From Candidatus Krumholzibacteriia bacterium (GTDB taxonomy: Bacteria; Krumholzibacteriota; Krumholzibacteriia; JAJRXK01), in the NCBI GenBank assembly GCA_041484665.1, contig JBGPIA010000001.1:96001-160000 (forward strand): 64,000 nt of DNA. The letters run 5' to 3'. The notes beneath the pieces are model-generated. The model saw nothing but the letters and a program-made list of their open reading frames with translations. It made no database searches and was not told the origin of the DNA. This document shows, in pieces, positions 1 to 9,500 of this stretch. The translations under genes were made by a program, and so were the position numbers. The first letter of the stretch is position 1. Each line of letters begins with the position of its first letter.

Positions 1-218
1 ATCTCGATGAGGTGGTTGGCGTTGTACACACTTTTCTGGCGCTCAGAGATTGAACTTCTACCCCGGCTTGTGATAACCTCGTGAACAGGAACTCTCTCTG
101 AACCGGGTTGATCATCCAACCTGAGTGACGGCTCCCCGACAACCCGGGCGCCTATCCAACTCTCGACAACTTCGTCCGCGCTGCCGCAAGCAGCACGCGG
201 CGCACCCAAGGAGGATCC

Positions 219-3200
219 ATGCGATTGGCAAGAGCTAAGTGGCTTGCTGGCGCGTTGCTGCTGGTTCCTGCGCTGGCGAGCGGGGCCCAGTCCCCGACCA
301 GCCGGCCGCCCGTGACACCGGCTGCGGCAGGCGACGGCGCGCAGATCGTGCGTGACGCGCTGGCTTCCTGGGACGGCTGGAGGCCCGGGGCCTCGCCGCA
401 AGCGGCTCTGCGCGTCAACGCGATGCCGAGCACCTATGGCGCGGACACTGGCTCGCCCCAGCCCGCCTCGTGGATCGGCCGAGACAATATTCTCTGGGGA
501 AACGTGACGGGCGGGACGGCCCCCTACACCTACACGGTCGCGTTCGATGACGGCAGCCCGGCTGCCTCCGGCGCCGTCGCCGACCGGCGCTACATCGTCG
601 TGCACCACTCGTACACGACGCTGGGTCCCAAGTTCGTGACGTTGACCGTGCAGGACAACGTGGGAGCGACCGACACGGAGACCTTTCGCATCGACGTCGG
701 CCCCTACGGCATCCAGTCGCGCGTCCAGGCCGCCATCGAGGACGGCCTGCGCTACCTGTACCTGACGCAGCTGTCCAGCGGCCGCTGGAACGCGCCGGCC
801 TCCGAAGGCATCCACGCGCTGGCGTTCCAATTGCGCAATCACGACAAGAGCGCCAACCCGACGAACGACATCTACGCGGAGACGCTCCAGGCCTTCTGGA
901 ACAACATCTTCTCCAGCATGACCCGGTTCCCCATCGGCGCCCAACCCGCTGGCAATCCGGACACCAACGGCAATGGCTACTCCCTCTACGCCAACGGATT
1001 CACGCAGTGCTACAACCACGGAATCCTGATGCTGGCCATGGCCGGGATCAAGGACCTCAACGAGGTCGTCACCGTGGGTAGCGAGGCGGGCCGCACGATC
1101 AAGGATGTCCTGCAGGACATGATCGACCTCGCGGCGTACTCGCAGACCGAGACCGGCGTGGAGCGCGGCGGCTGGCGCTACACCCTGGTCACGTCCAACT
1201 CCGGCAGCGACAACTCGGCCGTCCAATGGGTCGTCCTGGGTATGGTGGCCAGCGAGGGCAGGGGCCTGACGATCCCGGCGTTCGTGAAAACCGAGCTGGA
1301 GATCTGGACGCTCTACAGCCAGGGGGCCGACGGTGGCTTTGGCTATACCGACAAGAACTTCTGGAACAACATCGCCAAGACCGGCTCGGGGCTCATGCAG
1401 CTGGCGTGGCTGCACTACGCACCGACCTCCGCGCAGGTGCTGGCCGCCGCCAACTTCCTGAACGCCCACTGGACGCTCCAGTCCGATAACTTCGGCTACG
1501 CGGAGATGTTCTACACCAACGAGTACGCGATGTACGCCGTGAAGAAGGGGCTCGAGTCGTTCTCGCCGCCCATCTCGTTCATCGCCGCGCACGACTGGCA
1601 GGACGAGTTCAACAAGACACTCGTCTACGACGCGCTCAGCGACTACGACGGCGTGGGCGGGATCGCGTACAACAACGACTTCAACGAGCAGATCTACGGC
1701 ACCGGCGACCTGGTCGACGGACGCTGGACCTCGTCCTACTGGCTCGGCTCCAACGACTACAGCCTGGTGACGGCGGCCCGCGTCCTGACGCTGACCGCTG
1801 GGGTCAGCAGCCTCGTGCCCGTGGCGAACTGCACGGTCACGCCGCCCTCGGCAGGGCCGGGCGTCACCATCACCCTGGACGGCACCGGCTCCTTCCATCA
1901 GGACCCCAACCACGAGATCGTGCAGTACCTCTGGGACTTCGACGCGTCCAACGGAGTCAATTTCGCTCCGCCGGACGGCGTGGGTTCCGTCGTCACCACC
2001 AGCTACTCGCTGGGAGTGGGCGAGCTGTCGCGCACCTTCACGGTGACGCTGCTCGTGCGCGACAACGCGGTGCCGCCCGTGGAGCGCCAGACCACCTGCC
2101 GGGTGGTGATCAGCCGGGAGAACCACCCGCCGGTGGCCGTGCCCGGCGGGCCGTACGCCGCCTGCGTCGGACAGCGGATCTGCGTCGACGGCAGCGGCAG
2201 CTACGACCCCGATGCCGGTGACTTCGTCGCCGAGTACCACTGGGACCTCGACGGAGACGGCCAGTTCGACGATTTCGACGGACCGGCCACCTGCGTGACC
2301 TTCCCGGGGCTCTACGACGGATTCATCGGCTTGCAAGTCGTGGACAGCTTCGGCGTCCCCAGCCAGAACAGCGGCGCCGTAGTCCGGATCTTCACCGCGC
2401 TCGGTGACCTGAGCACTGCGGACTCCGACCTGGTCGTCGACAGCGATGCCGGCTGCGTCCAGGGAGGCCAGACGTGCGTCACGGGCACCTACCGCGTGCT
2501 CAGCGACGATCCCACGTACGTGGTGGCGGCAGCGCGCGTGGACTTCTTCCTGGACGACCCGACCAATCCGGTGAACCGCATCGCGACGTTCACGGACAAC
2601 AACCTGGTGGGCGGCATGACGCTGAGCCATCAGGCCTGCTTCAACCGGCCGGACAACCTGGCGCACGCCGTATTCATGGTGCTCGATCCCAATCAGGTCC
2701 TCAACGAGTGCGTCGAGACCGACAACGTCGCCGTGCACCGTTTCGCGTGCGGGTGCGACGCGCAGCTCGCCGACCTTGCGCTGGTCGGATACGAGACCGT
2801 GTCGTGGGATCCCGGCACTCTCATCTGGGAGGTCCGGGTCAGCATCAAGAACAACGGCCCGGGCACGGCGCACGACGTCAACGCCACGCTCATGGAGGAC
2901 ATCCCCTGGGTGACTCCCGTGGACGGAGCCAGCAGCTACGGGGACATCGCGTCGGGCGACACCAAGTTCGGGGACAGCTTCACGCTGGACCTGACCGGCC
3001 GTCCGGGCGCGGGTGGCTTCAACGTGTTCTTCGACGTATTCTACACGGACAACTGCCAGACGGCCCACGAGGTCCGTCTCGACCCCGAGGCCGTCACCCC
3101 TGGTGAGAATGGCCGCAGCGCGCTGCGGACGTACGCGCTGAGCCAGAACTCCCCCAATCCCTTCAACCCGCGGACGATGATCTCCTTCACGCTGGCCAAT

Positions 3201-3404
3201 CCCGGCCACGTGAAGCTGGAGGTCTTCGACTTGCGTGGCCGTCTGGTCAAGACCCTGGTCGACGCCAATCTCGCGGCGACGCAGCACAGCGTCGACTGGG
3301 ACGGCACCGACCTCACCGGACAGCCCGTGAGCTCTGGCCTGTACTACTACCGCCTGAACGCGGCTGACTTCTCGCAGACTCTCAAGATGACGCTCGTGAA
3401 ATAG
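219..3404 (+). CDS. Secreted multidomain protein: PKD + prenyltransferase/squalene-cyclase-like alpha/alpha barrel + PKD x2 + CARDB-like + C-terminal FlgD-Ig/T9SS-type sorting domain
   Basis: AAGGAGG RBS; signal peptide (MRLARAKWLAGALLLVPALASGA); PKD motifs (FDDGS...HSY, YLWDFD, YHWDLDGDG); QW-like repeats (LTQLSSGRW, SQTETGVERGGWRY, SQGADGGFGY); C-terminus QNSPNPFNP...FDLRGRLVKTL...WDGTD...SGLYYYRL. Confidence 0.85.
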   Translation: MRLARAKWLAGALLLVPALASGAQSPTSRPPVTPAAAGDGAQIVRDALASWDGWRPGASPQAALRVNAMPSTYGADTGSPQPASWIGRDNILWGNVTGGTAPYTYTVAFDDGSPAASGAVADRRYIVVHHSYTTLGPKFVTLTVQDNVGATDTETFRIDVGPYGIQSRVQAAIEDGLRYLYLTQLSSGRWNAPASEGIHALAFQLRNHDKSANPTNDIYAETLQAFWNNIFSSMTRFPIGAQPAGNPDTNGNGYSLYANGFTQCYNHGILMLAMAGIKDLNEVVTVGSEAGRTIKDVLQDMIDLAAYSQTETGVERGGWRYTLVTSNSGSDNSAVQWVVLGMVASEGRGLTIPAFVKTELEIWTLYSQGADGGFGYTDKNFWNNIAKTGSGLMQLAWLHYAPTSAQVLAAANFLNAHWTLQSDNFGYAEMFYTNEYAMYAVKKGLESFSPPISFIAAHDWQDEFNKTLVYDALSDYDGVGGIAYNNDFNEQIYGTGDLVDGRWTSSYWLGSNDYSLVTAARVLTLTAGVSSLVPVANCTVTPPSAGPGVTITLDGTGSFHQDPNHEIVQYLWDFDASNGVNFAPPDGVGSVVTTSYSLGVGELSRTFTVTLLVRDNAVPPVERQTTCRVVISRENHPPVAVPGGPYAACVGQRICVDGSGSYDPDAGDFVAEYHWDLDGDGQFDDFDGPATCVTFPGLYDGFIGLQVVDSFGVPSQNSGAVVRIFTALGDLSTADSDLVVDSDAGCVQGGQTCVTGTYRVLSDDPTYVVAAARVDFFLDDPTNPVNRIATFTDNNLVGGMTLSHQACFNRPDNLAHAVFMVLDPNQVLNECVETDNVAVHRFACGCDAQLADLALVGYETVSWDPGTLIWEVRVSIKNNGPGTAHDVNATLMEDIPWVTPVDGASSYGDIASGDTKFGDSFTLDLTGRPGAGGFNVFFDVFYTDNCQTAHEVRLDPEAVTPGENGRSALRTYALSQNSPNPFNPRTMISFTLANPGHVKLEVFDLRGRLVKTLVDANLAATQHSVDWDGTDLTGQPVSSGLYYYRLNAADFSQTLKMTLVK

Positions 3405-3477
3405 TCGACACCCGCGTGGGGTCGCCCCCAGGGCGGCCCCGCCTGACACGTACGAACTCGGAGGAAAGATCTCAACG

Positions 3478-3588
3478 ATGGAAACGCCCAGCAGGGAGCG
3501 CCGTCCCTACGAGTCCCCGGTGGTCACCAAGCACCAGAGCCTCGCGGACATCACGCTCTTCACGAACTTCGGTCCGCCGGGCAGCTGA
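3478..3588 (+). CDS. Small peptide 1 (36 aa, METPSRERRPYESPVVTKHQSLADITLFTNFGPPGS), putative RiPP precursor with lasso/RRE-type leader
   Basis: Translated by hand; GGAGG at 3460-3464; paralogue at 3869-3994 differs mostly at synonymous positions; followed by an intrinsic terminator. Confidence 0.85.
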   Translation: METPSRERRPYESPVVTKHQSLADITLFTNFGPPGS

Positions 3589-3609
3589 GCCCGCGGCACA
3601 TCGGAGACG

Positions 3610-3646
3610 AGGCCCTCAGCCCGCCGGGCAGAGGGCCTTTCGTTTT
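3610..3646 (+). terminator. Rho-independent terminator after peptide 1
   Basis: AGGCCCTC-a-GCCC-gcc-GGGC-a-GAGGGCCT hairpin followed by TTCGTTTT. Confidence 0.8.
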
Positions 3647-3783
3647 CCCCCCGGCCCCGTCGGCAAGCGTCCGGCCGTGCGCAGTGCGCGGGCAGCCCGC
3701 GGCGCGGGTCGTCCGCAGCGGGAGCAATCGGGAATCTGGGGGCATGACCGGTCGCGGGGGCGGGGGCCGCCGGGGGGGCCGGG

Positions 3784-3813
3784 TTGTCCGCGCGGTGCGC
3801 GCCGTGGTAGAAT
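3784..3813 (+). promoter_or_regulatory. Putative sigma70 extended -10 promoter for peptide 2 and the downstream gene
   Basis: TTGTCC-N18-TAGAAT with TG-n immediately before the -10 box (TGGTAGAAT). Confidence 0.55.
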
Positions 3814-3868
3814 GGATGCCATGGATGAGAGGGGGCGCCCAACCGCAGCATCCCGTAGAGGAGTCCCG

Positions 3869-3994
3869 ATGTCGGCAGATATTTCGGCCAGCCAGGGGTC
3901 CCCGGACCGTCGACCGTACGAGTCACCGGCGATCACCAAGCACCAGAGCCTCAAGGAAATCACCCTCTTCACGAACTTCGGGCCGCCGAGCTGA
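3869..3994 (+). CDS. Small peptide 2 (41 aa, MSADISASQGSPDRRPYESPAITKHQSLKEITLFTNFGPPS), putative RiPP precursor
   Basis: GAGGAG RBS at 3858-3863; 23/27 aa identical to peptide 1 over RRPYESP...FGPP. Confidence 0.85.
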   Translation: MSADISASQGSPDRRPYESPAITKHQSLKEITLFTNFGPPS

Positions 3995-4137
3995 GAGCCG
4001 GCGACTCTCCCGAACGAGCAGTCGCGTCTCAAACCTCCGTCGCTCTCGCATGATCGGGTGAATCGGACGTGGGGCGCCCTTCCCCGGGCGCCCCCGGTCG
4101 TCTGTGCCCTGCGCCGTTGCGCTGGTTGGAGAGGCTC

Positions 4138-6378
4138 GTGCCAGAATCCGTGCGTCGCATCCTCCGTTCCCCGGCCGACTGGGCGCGGGACTCTGCCCGC
4201 TGGCTGGTGGCGATCGTGGCGCTGGTCGTGCCAGCACGGCCCGCCATCGCGCCTGCCGGAAGCAACGCGTGGACCCAGGACGCCGGCCCGTACGGCGGCC
4301 GCATCCTGTGCCTGTTGGTCCACTCCAGCAGTCCATCGAAACTCGTGGCGGGGACGGAGGCTGGTGGCCTGTACGTGAGCGGGGACGGCGGCCAGACCTG
4401 GCAATCGCGCAGCCAGGGCCTCGGCCTGCTCACGGTCAACGACGTGCAAGCCGTTCCGCTGGGCACCAGCACCATCTGCGTGGCGACCAACAACGGTGTG
4501 TACCGCTCGGACAACCTCGGCCAGAGCTGGACGCAGCGCAGCGGCGGGCTGGGATCGCTGCTCACCACCTGCCTGGCGATCCACCCAACCAATGTCGCGC
4601 GGATGCTGTGCGGCACGGTGAACGGGCTCTACGCCACTGCCGATGCCGGCGTGTCGTGGACTCCGGTCAACGCCGGCCTCACCAACAGTTCGGTCGAGCG
4701 CATCCTCTGGGACGTCGGTGGCAACGCGATCTACGCGTGCACCGACGGCGGCGCGTTCCTCAACACCGATCCCCCGGGCACGTGGCTGCCGCGCAGCAAC
4801 GGGCTCAGTGGTCTGGCGCTGTTCACGCGCCAGCTCGTCACCAACCCGGCCGCATCGAGCGAGCTCTACCTTGCCACCTACGGCGGCGTGTTCCACAGCT
4901 TCAGCGGGGGCGGGAGCTGGGAGCTGCACAGCGCGGGCCTGACCGATACCCGGGCGCAAGCACTCTGGATCGACCCCGCCGATGGCATGCACCTGCTGGT
5001 GGGCACCGAGAGCGGAGTGTTCGAGACCTTTGACGGCGCGCTGCACTGGGCCGCGGCCAGTGCGGGCCTCACCGATCGGGTCGTGCGCAGCCTGGCCTAC
5101 GACGGCACGTCGATGCTATGCGGCACGTTTTATCGCGGCGTGCAGCGCCGGACCGGGTCCACCTGGGCGCCGATCAACCAGGGACTGGCCAATACGTTCC
5201 TGCAGGAGATCGCCGTCGACAGCTCGGGGAGCCTGATCGCCGCAGCCGGCTACGGCGGTGTCTATCGCAGCGCGGACGTCGGGAGCAGCTTTGCGCTGGG
5301 CGACGCCGGAATCACCGTGCCCGATGTGCGCACGGTCTGCTTCGATCCCACCAATCCGCAGGTTGTCTTCGCCGGCGCGAACTACGGTGGCGTGTACAAG
5401 TCGACCAACGGTGGCACGACATTCTCGCTGGTGGGGCTGGCCGGGGAGACCGTGCGGGCGATCCGCGTGCACCCGACCAACTCGCTGATCGTCTACGCCG
5501 GGACCTACGATGGCGTCTTCCGCAGCGACAACGGCGGCGGGCTGTGGGTGGCGCGCAGCGCGGGCATGACCGCGGACAACGTCAACGACCTGGAGCTGGA
5601 TCCCACCAACCCCGAGGTCATCTACGCCGGGATCTACCTGGGCTACGTGTACAAGACCAGCAACGGCGGGTTGAGCTGGACGCAGAAGACCAACGGGCTG
5701 GGCGCCAGTATCGTGTTCGACCTGGCCGTCGATCCCGCCGATCCGCAGGTCGTGCTGGCCGCCGGCTTCGAGGGCAAGGGGATCTGGCGCAGCGCGGACG
5801 GCGGCGACACCTGGCACGACGCCAGCACGGGGCTGCCCAACAAGAGCATCTGGAAAGTGAAATTCGACCCGTTCGACGCCTCGCGCGCGTACGCGGCCAC
5901 CCAGGACGGCGTCGCGCGCAGCCTCGACGGGGGCGCCACCTGGGCGGACCTGAGCAACGGACTGCTCGTGAAGGACGTCCGCGACATCGCAGTGGATCCG
6001 CTGAGCTTCCGGACGCTGCGCGCGGCGACCTTCGGCGGTGGCCTCTACACGTTCACGGACATGGCCACGGCGGCCCCCCCCGTCCGGCCGGCGGCGGCCG
6101 AGCTGCATCCCGGCTTTCCCAACCCCTTCAATCCCAGCACGACGCTGGCCTTCGAGCTGCGCGGGGCGGACGCCCGGCGCGTACGCCTGGACGTCTTCGA
6201 CGCGCGCGGGCGCCGCGTGCGTACGCTGCTGGATGCGCCAGCCGATCCGGGCGTGCACCGGGTGACGTGGGATGGGCGCGACGACACCGGCTCGGGTGTC
6301 GCGGGTGGCGTCTACCTGGCGCGGCTGGCCGTCGACGGCCAGGGTGCGGGAGTTCAAAAGCTGACGCTGCTCAAATGA
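4138..6378 (+). CDS. Secreted BNR/Asp-box (VPS10/YCF48-like) beta-propeller protein with C-terminal FlgD-Ig/T9SS-type domain
   Basis: Many SxDGGxTW repeats (SGDGGQTW, STNGGTTF, SADGGDTW, SLDGGATW); C-terminal FPNPFNP...FDARGRRVRTL...WDGRDD..G..VAGGVY; start re-chosen at GTG 4138 after GGAGAGG (4150 also possible). Confidence 0.85.
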   Translation: MPESVRRILRSPADWARDSARWLVAIVALVVPARPAIAPAGSNAWTQDAGPYGGRILCLLVHSSSPSKLVAGTEAGGLYVSGDGGQTWQSRSQGLGLLTVNDVQAVPLGTSTICVATNNGVYRSDNLGQSWTQRSGGLGSLLTTCLAIHPTNVARMLCGTVNGLYATADAGVSWTPVNAGLTNSSVERILWDVGGNAIYACTDGGAFLNTDPPGTWLPRSNGLSGLALFTRQLVTNPAASSELYLATYGGVFHSFSGGGSWELHSAGLTDTRAQALWIDPADGMHLLVGTESGVFETFDGALHWAAASAGLTDRVVRSLAYDGTSMLCGTFYRGVQRRTGSTWAPINQGLANTFLQEIAVDSSGSLIAAAGYGGVYRSADVGSSFALGDAGITVPDVRTVCFDPTNPQVVFAGANYGGVYKSTNGGTTFSLVGLAGETVRAIRVHPTNSLIVYAGTYDGVFRSDNGGGLWVARSAGMTADNVNDLELDPTNPEVIYAGIYLGYVYKTSNGGLSWTQKTNGLGASIVFDLAVDPADPQVVLAAGFEGKGIWRSADGGDTWHDASTGLPNKSIWKVKFDPFDASRAYAATQDGVARSLDGGATWADLSNGLLVKDVRDIAVDPLSFRTLRAATFGGGLYTFTDMATAAPPVRPAAAELHPGFPNPFNPSTTLAFELRGADARRVRLDVFDARGRRVRTLLDAPADPGVHRVTWDGRDDTGSGVAGGVYLARLAVDGQGAGVQKLTLLK

Positions 6379-6543
6379 CTGGCGCAACCGCCAGGGCGGC
6401 AGCGCCCGGCGTCAAGCCTGGAAGCTGCGGGCGCGCACGCGTGGATGGGCAGCGAGTGGCCGCGAGCACGACCCAGGGAGCCGCCTGCGCGTTGGGCGAG
6501 CGCTTGAAGCCCGGCAGTCGATCCGCCGGTGCACGAGCGGGGG

Positions 6544-9500
6544 TCACGAGCGCGCACGTGCTGGAACGGAACCTGGGGCGTGGCGCGAACCTGCGTCCCG
6601 GGAGATCGCCAGGCCGGCGAGCAGCCACAGCAAGGCCGCGGCCAAGAGCGGCGTACCGCGTGTCGGGTCACGGCTCGCCAGAGAGCCCTCCGCAGGCTGC
6701 GCGGCTCCTGCGTGCCCCCAACCGGCCGCCGAGAGAGCCGCCAGCCGCACGGCATCCACGCCGCGCGCGCGCAACTCTGCGGCCGGATCGTCGGCGAACG
6801 CCACGTCCAGCCCTGTGGCGCCCGTGCTGTCGATGACGCGCACGGGGTCCGCCAGCGACGGGCCCACTGGACGTAACACGCCGGGCACGACGGCCTCCAG
6901 CGCGACGGTGTCGCCCAGTGCGTCCACCAGCGCCAGTCCGCTCGCATGTCCATCCGCGAGCCCTCCCGCCGTCGTCAGGCCTGGCTCGTTCGCCGGGACG
7001 AGCGACCAGGGTGGTGTCGACGACTCTACGCGCAATCGGGGAGCGCTCCCTCCCTCCCAGCGCACGCGCGGTTGCTCCTGTCGCGTGAGCCACGCCAAGA
7101 GCTGCGCCACCGCCGCGGGCCAGCGCGCGTCCTCTGGATTCCACGGCGGGCCCGCTGTGCTGGCCAGCACGGCCATACGGCCGGGGCCAAACGAACCCAG
7201 CGCCAGCAGCGGGTCGCGCTGCAACCCCGCGCTCCAGGCCACCTGCGCCAGTTGCGGCGTCAGAGCCACATAGCGTACTGCCCCCGCCGGCAGCAGCGCG
7301 CTCCACGCCGCCAGCTCCGCGCGCGCGGGCTGCGGCGCGGCGACGAATCGATCGCGTGGTGCCGAGTCCACCGTGCGCGCCAGTACCTCACCGAGCTCCT
7401 GGAAGCGGCGCAGCACCAGATGGCGCCCGCCGGTGCGCGCGGCCAGCTCGCGCAACGCCGGCGTGCCCCGCGTTCCGACCTCGATCGCCGTCACCGGCAG
7501 GTCGCCGACGGCGTCGAGCCAGGACTGCAGCGACTCGTCGCCGGTCACACCATCGCTGAGGACGACGATGCGCCGCGCGCGCGGGGGCTTTGCCGCGACG
7601 CCGGCGCTCCCATCGCCAGCAGCGGCGGCCTGCAGGAGACCGGCGGCTTCCTGCAGCGCCGGGCGCAGCACCGTGCCGCCCGAGGCGTGCACGCCCCGCA
7701 GTGCCTCCTGCACCTGGGTCAGCGTGCGCCGCGGCTGCGGCGGGAGCGTGCGCAGCACCCGGTCGGCGAAGGCGACCAGCCCGACGCGCTCGCTGGCCTC
7801 GGCGGCGCGCAGCGCGCCGGAGAGGGCGAGCAGAGCGCGGTCGAGCTGCGAGACGCCGTCCTCCAGCGTCGCCATGCTGCCGGAGACGTCCAACAGGAAG
7901 ACCCAGTCCCCACGCGAGGGATCGCGCTCCTCGCGCACCTGCAGGCGGACGGGAAGCCGTTCCTCCAGCGCCAGACGGCCGCTCTCACCCCGCTGCAGCC
8001 AGTCGCCCGGGCCCGCGAGCAGCAGGAGCCCCGTGCCCAGGTCCATGGCGCGCAAGACCTGGACCTGCAGCGCTGCCACCAGCGATTCCGGACACGCGTC
8101 GAGCACCCAGACGTCGGGACGGCCGCCGGCGGGCGGCTGTGGCAAGGAGGTCGTGCGCTCGCCCGAGGCGGCGGTCCAGCGAACCGTCGGCAGTGGCCCC
8201 GTGCTCCAGCCGTAGGCGAGGATGTCGTCCTGCGGCCAGACGTCGCGAGGCCCCGCAGCCTCCGGCTGCAGCTCGGCGGTGATGGTGTGGGCGCCCGTGG
8301 CCAGCGGTGGCAGCGGCAAGGCCAGCCGCACGAGCGCTCCGTTCGCTTGCGGGTCGCGCTGCGCCACGCCGTCGCGCACCAGCGCGGCGAGATCGCGGTC
8401 CAGCAGGACGCGCCCGTCGAGCGTCACGGCGAGCCGGCGCTCGGCGTCGCCCGGATCGAGCGCCAGCGTCAGCGTGCGACCCGCCCCGGCGGCCTGCTGC
8501 TCGACGCGCAGCTGCGTGACGGACGCGTCGCCGCTGCGCCCCGCCGGCGCTGCTGCGATGGAGCATTCACCGACGGGCAGTGACGCAGCAAGCGCTTGGG
8601 GCGTGTCCTCGAAGCGGCCGTCGCTGACGAGCAGCACCCGCGGCGCACGCAGGCGCGTGGCGCCCATCAGCCGGCGCAACGGCGCCGCCAAGCGCGTGTG
8701 CGGTGGCGTGGGGAGATCCCGCAGGCCCGCCTGCAGCCAGCGTTCGAGCTCCACGGGAGTGAACGGCCAGGCCCGGCGAGGGGTGGGTGGGAGCAGCCAC
8801 CGACCGTCCTCCCCGTCGAGCGCCGCCACGGCCAGCCGCTGCCCGGGCCCGGCCGCGCCCAGGAACTCCCGCAGCGCCGCAGCGGCGGCCGCAGGGGCCA
8901 GCGCGCGGCAGCTGGGAGATGCGTCGACGATGAGCACGCAGTCCCCGGCCGACGGCCGCAGCGCCAGGGCCAGCAGGGCCAGCAGCGCGATGCCCAGGCC
9001 CGCGCGGCGACGGCGCGGCCACCTGGCCAGCGCCAGCGCCGCGGCCGAGACCAACCAGGCGGCCGCAGCGAGCCAGGGCGAGAGGGCAAGGTCCGTCCCC
9101 GCTCCGCCGGTGCGGCCTCCTGTGGCGGCGGCCGCCAGCGCGCCCGGCGACACAGGCTCGCTGCCGGCGGCCGGCAGTTCGCCGGGACGCGTCAGAGCCG
9201 CGGGCCAGTTGAACCGCGGGGAGGAGAGGCCAGGCCCCGCGCACACGTCCTGGGCGGGCAGCAGCGCCCGCGCCACGCGCAGGGCCGCCAGGGCCGGGCC
9301 GAGCGATCCATCGGGGGCTGCGGGGTCGGGCAGGTTCACGACCGCGGCACGGGACTCCCAGAGCAGGATCCTGCCCCCGGCCATCGCGGCCCACTGCACA
9401 CCCAAGTCGAGTACGCCGCAGGCGCGGGACACGCCCGCAAGGTCTAGCCCCGCCGCCGGCCCCGCGAACTCCAGCGCGCCCGACCCGTCGTCCAGCTGGG

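Larger units (their letters stand above)
3499..3994 (+). repeat. Imperfect direct repeat of about 90 bp (3499-3588 and 3908-3994) corresponding to the two peptide genes
   Basis: Shared blocks TCACCAAGCACCAGAGCCTC, CTCTTCACGAACTTCGG and CCGCCG...AGCTGA. Confidence 0.9.

Noticed and set aside
1..31. Possible start of a minus-strand gene (VYNANHLIE) at the window edge
   Set aside because: Too short to support
3416..3994. 192-aa ORF from the track
   Set aside because: Only its last 41 codons (peptide 2, with its own RBS) look coding; the rest crosses peptide 1 out of frame and a terminator
3478..3994. Classical lasso peptide cluster
   Set aside because: Predicted cores lack Asp/Glu and are too short; no B/C genes in the window
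3499..3994. CRISPR-like repeat
   Set aside because: Only two long copies with codon-patterned divergence; no spacer array or cas genes
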